This document shows, one piece after another, positions 20,834 to 29,604 of a stretch of DNA of 64,000 nucleotides. The notes under the pieces are model-generated. The model ran no database searches, was not told where the DNA came from, and saw only the letters and a program-made list of their open reading frames with translations. The position numbers and the translations under genes are program-made. This DNA is from an uncultured Rivularia sp. (GTDB lineage: Bacteria > Cyanobacteriota > Cyanobacteriia > Cyanobacteriales > Nostocaceae): NCBI GenBank assembly GCA_963665115.1, contig OY762007.1:5728001-5792000 (forward strand). Direction: 5' to 3'. The first letter of the stretch is position 1. Each line of letters begins with the position of its first letter.

Positions 20834-21460
20834 TTACCCACCAGCCCTCAACACTTGTTCAGCAGTCAATTTCAAGCCTGGAAAGGTTGGAGAGAAAACG
20901 ATCTGATTGCCTCGAAGTTGTTGAATTTCGTATTCTCCATTCACTAACGTACAAATAGAGAGAGTGGGTTGCTTAGGCTTGCCAATGTATCGAGTACCAC
21001 CATTACCTGCGTAGTCTGCAATCCAATATTCGGGGATACCTAAAGCTGCATAATCTTCAACCTTGCGGGCATAATCGTTTTGCCAGTTGCTACTAACAAC
21101 TTCCGCGACAAATTTAATCGAACTGCCTAGCGTCAAAATCGACTGGCTAGACCAAAGAACTTCTTTGGTCAGTTCGTCTCGATTAACAACTGCAATATCG
21201 GGTCGAAATGCACTCATCCCAAGATTTGAAGGACGTAATAGCCCCCGTTGAAGCACAAACCAAGGTAAACCTGCCCCGTCGATCTGGACGCAGACCTCTG
21301 TGGTGATGAAGGCTGCAACTTCTTCGTGGGGACCTGTGGGTTCCAAGTCGAACACCTCTCCATCAATCAGTTCATAGCGGTTATCGCCACCGTAACGAAC
21401 AAGAAATTCATCAAAGTTGAGTGACTTCTGTTGTATTGGTTGGTCGGTTGTAATGTTCAT
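20834..21460 (-). CDS. Uma2 family endonuclease-like protein
   Basis: YELIDGE, FRPDIAVV, VAEVVSSNW, GIPEYWIAD. Confidence 0.9.
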   Translation of the reverse strand: MNITTDQPIQQKSLNFDEFLVRYGGDNRYELIDGEVFDLEPTGPHEEVAAFITTEVCVQIDGAGLPWFVLQRGLLRPSNLGMSAFRPDIAVVNRDELTKEVLWSSQSILTLGSSIKFVAEVVSSNWQNDYARKVEDYAALGIPEYWIADYAGNGGTRYIGKPKQPTLSICTLVNGEYEIQQLRGNQIVFSPTFPGLKLTAEQVLRAGG

Positions 21461-21625
21461 AAATCAACTTAACCAAATCAATGCTTTTAGTCTAATAGAA
21501 CAAATATCTAAGAAGATAATAACTGCTAACCGTAATCGTTCTGTTAGTGGAAGAGTAACAACGACTTTAATATATACTGATAACCTATGGTACTCAATCA
21601 ACCATAATAAAGTAGATAAAATGTT

Positions 21626-21964
21626 TCAAGGAGCATCAAAGTCAGCGAGCGATTTCTTAAGACATTTGCGAACTTCTTGCCAATCATGCTCTGATAAATG
21701 ACCAATCAAAACTGGATTCGCCGATTGGGGAAGAGTAACAATAAAACAGCGAAATGCAGAGCTAACTCTTAAACCAGCTGTTTTCCAATCCTGAAGTACG
21801 TAGTCAGTTACTCCAAGTCCAGTTGTTTGGCTAGTTATAAGTCCAACAATTATATCTGGACGGTTTGCGTGATACGTTGCTGAAGATAAAACAAGAGCCG
21901 GACGGCGTTTAATACCAGTTACACCCGGAAAATCAACTGTTATTACGTCACCAGCATCAAACAT
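21626..21964 (-). CDS. PemK/MazF family type II toxin
   Basis: GDVITVDFP..IKRRPALVLS..IIVGLITS. Confidence 0.88.
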   Translation of the reverse strand: MFDAGDVITVDFPGVTGIKRRPALVLSSATYHANRPDIIVGLITSQTTGLGVTDYVLQDWKTAGLRVSSAFRCFIVTLPQSANPVLIGHLSEHDWQEVRKCLKKSLADFDAP

Positions 21965-22188
21965 TACTCAACGTTTTCCTCATCTTCGGGAAATAATATA
22001 GCTGCGTACTGCAACGAAAAATTATTAACATCAACTATATCTCGATCTGTCCAGCAATCGCTTCGATCGACGACAGATGAATCTTGCTCAACTAATTCAT
22101 TAAGAATAAGATTTGCTAGTCGTAACCGCTCTTGTGGTGGAAGGTTACGAACGACTTGAATATACACTTCTTGTGCAGAAGTTGACAT
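21964..22188 (-). CDS. Putative cognate antitoxin
   Basis: 74 aa acidic protein whose stop overlaps the toxin start (TAATG). Confidence 0.7.
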   Translation of the reverse strand: MSTSAQEVYIQVVRNLPPQERLRLANLILNELVEQDSSVVDRSDCWTDRDIVDVNNFSLQYAAILFPEDEENVE

Positions 22189-22202
22189 AATGAAAAATTA
22201 TC

Positions 22203-22568
22203 TTAGTCTTCATCTACCAAGTGTAACACTTCCGTTACAACACCTTCAGCAACTTTATACGAACCAGCAACCACATAAAATTTTGTTCCAGACTGAATGC
22301 GCTGTTTATGAACTGTTAGACGTAATTCTAAATTGAGAACCCGAAAGTAGGCTTTGACTTCGCCTTCACATAAACTTCCTTCGGGCAACAAGTTTCTTTC
22401 TGCATCTAATAAGGCATAATGTATCATCCAAGCACGATTTTTATCTCCTTCGTACATGAAGTCATGTTTCATTCCTTGCCGAAGTAAACTAATGCCAGTT
22501 TTAGGCTGAGGAATCGCTTTTAGTTGGGCAGCAAAATCTGGTTGTTGATAAACCCATTCTTCAACCAT
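22203..22568 (-). CDS. Hypothetical protein resembling the EF-Tu domain III beta-barrel
   Basis: C-terminal RIQSGTKFYVVAGSYKVAEGVVTEVL echoes the EF-Tu C-terminal G.RF.IREG.RTVG.GVV pattern; PDF.A.L and LRQG near N-terminus. Confidence 0.55.
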   Translation of the reverse strand: MVEEWVYQQPDFAAQLKAIPQPKTGISLLRQGMKHDFMYEGDKNRAWMIHYALLDAERNLLPEGSLCEGEVKAYFRVLNLELRLTVHKQRIQSGTKFYVVAGSYKVAEGVVTEVLHLVDED

Positions 22569-22594
22569 AGCCAAATTTATTGATGCAGATAAAA

Positions 22595-22801
22595 TTACTG
22601 TCCTCTTCCTGGTTTACAGTCCGCAAAACCCAATGCTTCTGTATCAAGAAAACTAGCGATCGCCATTTCAATTACTGCTTCGATTGGATACTCAATTTCG
22701 TTAGCACGAGCAATTAGAGCTTCTCGAATTCGCTTGGGTAAAAGTTCTAAGATCGCTTCGGCATCCGCACTCGTAAGTTGCTCTTGAAGTTTAGCTTGCA
22801 T
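22595..22801 (-). CDS. Small hypothetical protein, possibly ribbon-helix-helix-like
   Basis: 68 aa helical ORF, LPKRIREALIARANEIEYPIEAVIEMAIASFL; starts 5 nt after the GIY-YIG stop. Confidence 0.75.
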   Translation of the reverse strand: MQAKLQEQLTSADAEAILELLPKRIREALIARANEIEYPIEAVIEMAIASFLDTEALGFADCKPGRGQ

Positions 22802-22806
22802 AGATT

Positions 22807-23184
22807 CTACCTTTCGGGTGGAATTTGGACATTGTAAGGAGGTTCAGTTGCTCTAATAATAATCGCTTCTAACTCCAATAATAGCTTAGGGTTTTCCCAG
22901 TAAGAAATTGGCTGTATCGCAATACGAATATCTTCATCACTGTATTTATCAAGCCATGCCCACAAAAAAGCTTTGTGTCCACCACTAAAACGACCTCGTA
23001 AGCTCTTAGTTTTACCGATATAAAGCAAACTATCAGTTTTATGTCTGACCGCATAAATACCAGGACGCGCAGGAATGCTAGAAAACTCTCGGCTCAGAAG
23101 GTAGCATTGCTCGAAGGGCGTAAAAGCAATTGCATCCAGAATTCTTTGAGCTTGGATTTGCAATTGTGAATCGTTTATCGGCAT
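22807..23184 (-). CDS. GIY-YIG nuclease family protein
   Basis: PGIYAV..LLYIGKTKSLRGRF..ELEAIII..PPYN. Confidence 0.9.
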   Translation of the reverse strand: MPINDSQLQIQAQRILDAIAFTPFEQCYLLSREFSSIPARPGIYAVRHKTDSLLYIGKTKSLRGRFSGGHKAFLWAWLDKYSDEDIRIAIQPISYWENPKLLLELEAIIIRATEPPYNVQIPPER

Positions 23185-23376
23185 GAAAGTAAGAAAGCGG
23201 ATTGCACAAAAATCATCCTCTCACAAATTTTGCCGTAGTTTGCAGAACTTACGCAGGGACAAAAATGCCGTGATATGTATTAGAGATGAATATAGGGACT
23301 TTCTGCCATATCGACTTAGGGTGTGAAGTTAATAACGACTCGGAGTATCGCAATTTTTAATGTCCCCCTGAATATC

Positions 23377-23832
23377 CTACGAGCCAACGAATCTTCTAAC
23401 AGGCAAACGTGAATCTAAGTCAATACCGTGATTGATGCAGACCGATCTAAGATCATTTGCGGCATAAATTGCCCAGCAAACTCGCTCTCTAGCATACTCT
23501 GTTCCACAGGAAGTAGCACCGTGAACCAGTCTGTTACGTAATCGAAAAGCTCTAACAACACCATCCCAGTTATTTACTGCTTGAGGAAATCGCAATTGGA
23601 CTCTTGGAAAAACCTCACCTTTCCAAACATCCTTATAATTACCGAGTCCGTGACATTTTTCCAGTTTCTTTCGTACCTCCACATTTGCAGAAGTACCGAG
23701 TGCAATAATTGCACGCCGAGCCGTTCACTCAAAGTGAATAACTGAAAGAAGGGCTGACAATGAAGGATCTTCATTCAAAAATTGCTTGATTCGATTTTCA
23801 CGAGACAGACTTGAATCTTTAACTAAAAACAT
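23377..23832 (-). pseudogene. HEPN-motif (RxxxxH) putative ribonuclease with in-frame TGA at codon 36
   Basis: Frame reads MFLVKDSS..VIHFE*TARRAIIALG..RNRLVHG; TGA at 23725-23727. Confidence 0.7.
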
Positions 23833-23903
23833 TTCCAAAAAACTCAGTAATATATGTGTTGTTTATTATACTGACAAATAGACTTGTCCACCATCGGCTC
23901 TTT

Positions 23904-24578
23904 TTAAACCGCTGCTTCCGATTCTTCAACCTTAGCCTTCAACTTTTCTGGATCTACAGATTCCAATTCTCCATGATTGAGAGTCCAGCAATTATCAGCA
24001 ATCGGTAACAAATCTCCCGCATCGTGAGTAACTACCAACAAAGTCCAATGTTCTTTTAATTTTGCTAATAAATTTACCAACTGACGACGCATTGACCAAT
24101 CTAAACCTGCTGTCGGCTCGTCTAATAATAATAGATTTGGCTGACGAATTAGCTGCACTGCTAAAGCCAAACGTCTTTGCTGTCCGCCACTTAAAGCGTG
24201 AGGTGGGGTTGAAAAAGATAAATGTTCTAAACCGACTTCGCTTAATGCGTTTCTAGCTCGCTCTATCCCTAACTCTGGGTGTCCCAAACGCAATTCTTCT
24301 AAAATGGTACCCCCGCAAAAATGACGCTCTGGGAATTGAAACACCAAACCAGCTAATTGCTGAATTTCTTCGGCTAATAATTCTTGTTCTCGCCAAAATA
24401 GCGAGCCAGATGTCGGTGCTGCCAGTCCAGACAATATTTCCAGCAGTGTACTTTTTCCAGAACCGCTTGGCCCGATAATTAGACCTAATTTTTGGGGAGC
24501 TAAATCTAAATTAATTGATTTGAGAATTGCATTCTGGGTAGCAGTAGGATGATAATTTAAATTTCTGAGATAAAGCAT
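23904..24578 (-). CDS. ABC/ECF-type ATP-binding protein (CbiO-like)
   Basis: GPSGSGKST, LVFQFPERHF, LSGGQQRRLALA, LLDEPTAGLD. Confidence 0.92.
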   Translation of the reverse strand: MLYLRNLNYHPTATQNAILKSINLDLAPQKLGLIIGPSGSGKSTLLEILSGLAAPTSGSLFWREQELLAEEIQQLAGLVFQFPERHFCGGTILEELRLGHPELGIERARNALSEVGLEHLSFSTPPHALSGGQQRRLALAVQLIRQPNLLLLDEPTAGLDWSMRRQLVNLLAKLKEHWTLLVVTHDAGDLLPIADNCWTLNHGELESVDPEKLKAKVEESEAAV

Positions 24579-24866
24579 TGGTTAAGATTAAAAATTAGCC
24601 ATTCATTAATTAACTACACACTTAGCTACAGAGCTTCGTTCCGAAAAAACCTCAAATCACAATATAAAATTTCCGTCTTAACTTATTGTGGCAGACTGAC
24701 CCCTCTTAAGATTAATCATAAAAAAACCTGGGAACCGTCTCAAATCTACCCAGTCAAACTATTTATAAAATTTTTGCGTAAATCTACACGAGTTATAAGT
24801 AAACTATTTACGTAATTATAAGTAAGATATTAAACCCATTCAACAGTAATAATTCTGAGTTTTCAA

Positions 24867-25796
24867 ATGACTAAAAATTTTTCTGTACAAACTGCAACTA
24901 CCTCCAAAAAAATTGTACATTTTGCTAAAGCTGTTTTTACAACTTTAATAGTACTCAATCTAGGAATAAATTCTTCAATCGCCGCCGACCCTTTTCCCCG
25001 CAGTCAACCGCGTGATATCGGCGATAATACCGAAGCCGCATTTAAAGCAGTATTCGAGCAAGGTAACTATCAAGCCGGACAAAAGCATCTGCAACAGGCA
25101 ATATCAACTGAGCCGAATGAACCCTTAGCTTATGCCATGCAGGCATCATTAGCTTATACAAATCAAGATACAGCTACATTAGAATCTTACAGCGCAAAAA
25201 CTTTAGATATAGCTAAAAAATTAATTCCCTCCGATCCATTGCGTGGTAATTTATACGCTGCGGTAGGTCATTTTTTAGAAGGAGCAGTAATCCTGACTCG
25301 CGAAGGTACGGTTGGCGGTGTCCCAAAAGCACTAAGTCGTCTGCGAGAAGTTTACAAGCATTTAGACAAAGCCGAAGCCATTTCTCCTAAAGATCCAGAA
25401 CTCAATTTAATCAAGGGTTACATGGATTTAATGCTTGCTGTAAATTTACCCTTCGCCAATCCCCAACAAGCAATTCAAAGATTGGAAGAAAATGCAGGAC
25501 CTCAGTATTTAGTGGATAGAGGTATAGCCATAGCCTACCGAGACTTAAAAAACTATCCCAAAGCCCTAGAATACGCAAACCGCGCCTTAAAAATAACACC
25601 CGAGAATCCAGAACTGTACTATCTCAAAGCACAAATCCTCCGAGAACAAGCCAGAAAACAAAAAAACCCTCAAATGATCCAACAAGCGCTTACTAATTTT
25701 GACCAAGCACTAGCGAAAAAATCTCAATTACCTGCCGGTATAGTAAAACAAATAGAACGCGAACGTCGAAATGCAGCGCAAAGCTTAAAAAATTAG
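24867..25796 (+). CDS. Exported TPR-repeat protein (Sll0314/Alr1548-like)
   Basis: Signal-like N-terminus ending AADPF; TPR-like segments such as YPKALEYANRALKITPENPELYYLKAQIL. Confidence 0.85.
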   Translation: MTKNFSVQTATTSKKIVHFAKAVFTTLIVLNLGINSSIAADPFPRSQPRDIGDNTEAAFKAVFEQGNYQAGQKHLQQAISTEPNEPLAYAMQASLAYTNQDTATLESYSAKTLDIAKKLIPSDPLRGNLYAAVGHFLEGAVILTREGTVGGVPKALSRLREVYKHLDKAEAISPKDPELNLIKGYMDLMLAVNLPFANPQQAIQRLEENAGPQYLVDRGIAIAYRDLKNYPKALEYANRALKITPENPELYYLKAQILREQARKQKNPQMIQQALTNFDQALAKKSQLPAGIVKQIERERRNAAQSLKN

Positions 25797-25931
25797 GAGT
25801 AGGGAGTAGGAAGTTAGGAGTTAAGTAGTTTTTATTTCTCCTTGTCGCCTTGTCCCCCCTCTCCCCCTCCCTCCACCTCGCGAGTTCTTCTACAATAACT
25901 TTGGGTAAAAGTAATCTGGATATTCCAATAG

Positions 25932-26385
25932 ATGAAAATAGAATTCCGCGAGATTAATCCTTTTGATGTCTGGATTTGGCTGAGGTTTAGTACTGTTCCT
26001 TCCGAACGTGAAAAGCAGTTTGTAGAAGAACTTTTTGATTCCTGGTTTTATTTAGGTAAATTAGGCGCTTTTAATGCCGAAAATCTTCAAGTGCAGGAAA
26101 CTGGACTTGATATTAGCTATTTACATTACGACCAAGATGGTTATCAAAATAGCTTGTTAGCCTTAATGCATAATATGGGCGAATTTGAGTACAACGGAGA
26201 TTGGGGAAGATGCTGGTTTGACTTAGGAACTTCCGATGCGATCGCACTCGATCTACTCATCAACGCTCTGACTCAATTAGGTCAAGAATACGTCACCATC
26301 GATGAAGTATGTATTGGTGGCGAAAATACGGATTGGGCCCATTGAAGATAGCGATAGTCGTCCTTCGTATATTTACGATAATTAG
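25932..26385 (+). CDS. DUF3531 family protein; +1 frameshift at G run 26335-26337 near C-terminus
   Basis: FREINPFDVWIW, WFYLGKLGAFNAENLQV, RCWFDLGTSD; removing one G gives DWPIEDSDSRPSYIYDN*. Confidence 0.85.
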
Positions 26386-26394
26386 GAAAAATAA

Positions 26395-26829
26395 ATGTAT
26401 AAAGAAGGTAAAATCCGCGTTCTTGCCTTGGGAATAATTCGAGATCAAAACAATCGCATTTTTCTTTCCGAAGGTTACGATCCAGTCAAGAAAGACAAAT
26501 TCTATCGTGCAATGGGCGGCGGCGTTGAATTCGGCGAAACCAGTAAAGAAGCCCTCCAACGCGAATTTCAAGAAGAAATTCAAGCAGAAATCACCAACAT
26601 TCGTTATTTAGCTTGTTTAGAAAACATCTTTACCTTCCAAGGAAAACCAGGCCACGAAATTATTCAACTTTACGAATGCGACTTCGTACATCCCAAATTT
26701 TACGAGCAGGAAACAATTGCATTCAACGAAGGCGAACGACAGAAAACTGCACTTTGGATAGACATTGAAACTTTAAAATCTGGCAGCGTTAGGTTAGTTC
26801 CCGAAGGGTTTGCGGAGTATCTGGGATAG
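26395..26829 (+). CDS. NUDIX hydrolase
   Basis: Nudix box GGGVEFGETSKEALQREFQEEI. Confidence 0.93.
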   Translation: MYKEGKIRVLALGIIRDQNNRIFLSEGYDPVKKDKFYRAMGGGVEFGETSKEALQREFQEEIQAEITNIRYLACLENIFTFQGKPGHEIIQLYECDFVHPKFYEQETIAFNEGERQKTALWIDIETLKSGSVRLVPEGFAEYLG

Positions 26830-26928
26830 AGAGGTGTAGAGGGGTAGAGGAGGAGACAAGGGGACAAGGGGGAAGTTAGGAGTTAGGAATTAGGAATTAG
26901 GAGTTAAGAGTTATAAAAGCATTTATTT

Positions 26929-26950
26929 GTAGTGGGAGCATCTTGCTCCC
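26929..26950 (+). repeat. GTAG-type REP hairpin (near-identical copies at 37812-37833 and 46775-46796)
   Basis: GTAGTGGGAGCATCTTGCTCCC versus GTAGTGGGAGCGTCTCGCTCCC. Confidence 0.75.
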
Positions 26951-26960
26951 TCGTTGTTTA

Positions 26961-27102
26961 CCAATGCCCAATTACCAATTACCAATGCCCAATTACCAAT
27001 TACCAATGCCCAATTACCAATTACCAATACCCAATTACCAATTACCAATTACCAATTACCAATTACCCAACAACTATCAACTAACAACTAACAACTAACA
27101 AC
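26961..27102. repeat. STRR heptamer array (CCAATTA / CCAATGC / CTAACAA)
   Basis: Long tandem heptamer tract between convergent genes. Confidence 0.92.
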
Positions 27103-27641
27103 TAACCACTAACTTCTAATGCAGTTAAAATTGTCCAACCATCAACTAAAAACATTAAGAATGTAAAAGTTAGCAAAATTAAATACATCCACGGTTGAGA
27201 TAATGGGTAAACATCCGTAGTATCTATACCAGTTTTTTCCTGTACAATTTTCACCAAACGATTAAATCCCGCTACTCGCATCGGCAGCAAATAGCCTTTC
27301 TTATCCTTGCTGACAAAATAATAGACAATGCCACCTTGCCCGGTAGTTCGCGGTTTTAAATCTTCTACATCCTCCCAAGCCAAAAACCAACCTTTACGAA
27401 AAAACTTTGGTACTAAGGGAGGATAAACAACTTGAATACCTCGATCGTTTAAAATTACTCGTTCCGTTAAAACGGCGTATAAAATCACAAAACCAATACT
27501 GATACCTACCCAAAGTAATGCAGGTGGTACGGTTGCATCTGTGAAATCAGCGAGAAAAGGTAACGGTAAAGTTAGCGCTAAGTACAAACTTAAAAGCGTA
27601 ATCCTAATTAAAGGAGATAGCCGAAAAATAGTAGAATCCAT
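27102..27641 (-). CDS. Conserved cyanobacterial membrane protein
   Basis: Three hydrophobic segments; PRTTGQGGIVYYF, YLLPMRVAGF. Confidence 0.8.
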   Translation of the reverse strand: MDSTIFRLSPLIRITLLSLYLALTLPLPFLADFTDATVPPALLWVGISIGFVILYAVLTERVILNDRGIQVVYPPLVPKFFRKGWFLAWEDVEDLKPRTTGQGGIVYYFVSKDKKGYLLPMRVAGFNRLVKIVQEKTGIDTTDVYPLSQPWMYLILLTFTFLMFLVDGWTILTALEVSG

Positions 27642-27907
27642 AATCAATTAACAATTATCAACGAACAGTTTTCACCTGGAGGGTGTGGATCATCAATTAT
27701 CAATTATCAATTATCAGTTAAAAATTTGGCGTATCCTAACCACTGTAAAAAAACGGATTTCTTCTTGTAAAAGCATAATTGTTTCGTTTCGACTGGCAAG
27801 AAATCCGGTTCCTCGTCAAGGTGCAAAATATGAATATATTCCTTGGATGGCTCAAAAAAATCTTAGTTAACAGTTTTAAATACTGATAACTGATAACTGA
27901 TTATTGA

Positions 27908-28369
27908 TTAAGGTAAATACTTTTGCACCACAGTCCAACCACTCAGCGAAACCCAGGCAAATACAAGAAATAAAACAATATTCGTACTAACGTGAATGCG
28001 TCTAGCCCAAACCCAGCCAGGACGAATCGCGATCGCACTTCCAGCAGATATTAAAACTAATACCACCGTAATTAATCCAGCACCCAAGTGTTGTGAATGT
28101 CCTAAAGAACCATATTCACCTAAAGTACCGACAATACCAATAGCGAGTAGCAGTATCACTAAAGCAACCATAGTGATACCCATTACATAGTGGAGTATGC
28201 GTAGTCCGCCGTAACCTCCCGGCAACATCGCCGCGAAGCTAGGATTTCCGGATGCTCTAGTACGAAACATCCAAACACCCGTTACCGCTAATAGAAAATA
28301 AGCAAGTAACGACAATCCCATCGACCAAGCAGCGATTTTCCACAACCAAATAAATGAAGGTAAATCCAT
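27908..28369 (-). CDS. DUF4079 family membrane protein (cytochrome b561-like histidines)
   Basis: MDLPSFIWLWKIAAWSMG, four TM helices with His in LRILHY, GHSQH, RRIHV. Confidence 0.85.
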   Translation of the reverse strand: MDLPSFIWLWKIAAWSMGLSLLAYFLLAVTGVWMFRTRASGNPSFAAMLPGGYGGLRILHYVMGITMVALVILLLAIGIVGTLGEYGSLGHSQHLGAGLITVVLVLISAGSAIAIRPGWVWARRIHVSTNIVLFLVFAWVSLSGWTVVQKYLP

Positions 28370-28761
28370 AAGAACTTTTCGGTAGTTTGGGAACTCAGTC
28401 TTTTTAAAGCTGAGGGGAAAAACGCCACGTGCGGTTTTAACCGCCGTGGGCTTTGTATTTTTGAGAAGTGATAATCAAGCCAGTTGAGCGTCGAACTAAC
28501 TCCATCTTCTTTGTTGAAAAACGCCCTAAACGTTTCCAATCACAATTAGAAACAGATACTTGAGTTTTAGTATCGCCGCTTACCCATCCGTAGTAAGTTG
28601 AATCAATGCGAGTAACTTTCACATAATCTCCTTTACGATATCTGTGCTGCGTAACAGTGCCACCATATGTTCAAACGGGCTTTACCCCTCCTGTGAGCTA
28701 GTCACTACTACGTAAGCTTTGCCTCTTACAAGCTCAATCCCTTTAGGGTTGAGTCAGTGAC
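28370..28761 (-). mobile_element. Internally deleted IS200/IS605 OMEGA element (IscB/IsrB, RRXRR type): left end with start of omegaRNA, C-terminal coding remnant, right end
   Basis: Left end GTCACTGACTCAACCCTAAAGGGGATTGAGCTTGTAAG..CTTAC..GACTAG; remnant frame YGGTVTQHRYRKGDYV..GWVSGDTKTQVSVS..WKRLGRF..RRSTGLII; right-end hairpins GCGGTTAAAACCGC and CTCAG..CTGAG. Confidence 0.8.
28437..28670 (-). pseudogene. C-terminal fragment of RRXRR-family IscB/IsrB protein
   Basis: About 77 codons, no start codon, matches the recalled C-terminal pattern of cyanobacterial RRXRR proteins. Confidence 0.78.
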
Positions 28762-28924
28762 ATTTAGGATTGTAGATGGAAGTGGGACATATGGGGAGAT
28801 TGGGGGATGGGGAAACAAGGAGACAATTATTAACTCCTCACTCCTAACTATTTGCATATTGCCAATTACCAATTCCCAATTACCTATTACTCAATGCCCA
28901 ATCCCCAATCCCCAACTCCTCATT

Positions 28925-28952
28925 AAAAAGGGGTTGCTAGCGGTAGCAACCC
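28925..28952 (-). terminator. Rho-independent terminator downstream of the DUF1830 gene
   Basis: Perfect 9 bp stem GGGTTGCTA/TAGCAACCC followed by a T run on the minus strand. Confidence 0.75.
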
Positions 28953-29006
28953 AAAAATAGAGAAAAAAATTTTGAATCAATAGAGGCTTTAAAGACTTTG
29001 AAGGCT

Positions 29007-29390
29007 TTAGCCAACGATTATTAATGGTTTTGTGTTATCTCCGTTTTTTGAATTAATTGAGGACGCAAGAGGATTTTCATCTCCTGAACCACCATTCCGA
29101 TTATCTGAATCTGTTTTTAAATCTGAAATATTTGCTTCGTTAATTGCAAGGCGATCGCACGGAATTGTATCCGATAGAATTGCGCTTGCCATCATCCCCG
29201 TATGAATCTCTAATTGAGCTTCATCGGGTGCTTCAAAAACTAGTCTTTGTCCGGGAAAAACAACCCTTTCAAAGTACCAATTAGCGATGTTGGAGATGCG
29301 AGCCACCTGTATCTTACTCGTGGCATTAACGTAGCAGCACAGAGATTTCCCTGATTGCTCAGGAGGTAAGGGATCTAGTATTTGAGCCAT
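29007..29390 (-). CDS. DUF1830 family protein
   Basis: MAQILDPLP..CCYVNATSKIQVARI..WYFERVVFPGQRLVFEAP. Confidence 0.9.
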   Translation of the reverse strand: MAQILDPLPPEQSGKSLCCYVNATSKIQVARISNIANWYFERVVFPGQRLVFEAPDEAQLEIHTGMMASAILSDTIPCDRLAINEANISDLKTDSDNRNGGSGDENPLASSINSKNGDNTKPLIIVG

Positions 29391-29435
29391 AACTGAGCAT
29401 GGAGCTTGTCGCCACAATTGTATCTTACATTTACA

Positions 29436-29478
29436 AAATTAGCACTGTGCGATCCCCGCCTGCTGTAACTCTCAATAC
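29436..29478 (-). promoter_or_regulatory. Candidate NtcA-activated promoter of the DUF1830 gene
   Basis: Minus strand GTATTGAGAGTTACA (GTA-N8-TAC, 29465-29478), 23 nt, then TAATTT preceded by TG-N. Confidence 0.6.
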
Positions 29479-29604
29479 CAACTGGGTATTTGTATGCTAT
29501 TTCTACCTTAAGATATATCCCAGATATGAAATTTTTGTAAAAATCTATGCTTTTTTTGCCATCATATATTAAGCAATAATCATTACTATTATTTTTATAA
29601 AATT

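Noticed and set aside
21417..21701. 94 aa plus-strand ORF in the toxin island
   Set aside because: Overlaps two opposite-strand genes, TTG start, no recognisable motif
23725..23727. TGA as selenocysteine or alternative genetic code
   Set aside because: Other genes here use TGA as stop and TGG for Trp; no evident SECIS; a point mutation is simpler
20834..23832. Integron-like cassette array or prophage
   Set aside because: No integrase, no repeated attC-like sites between genes, no phage structural genes
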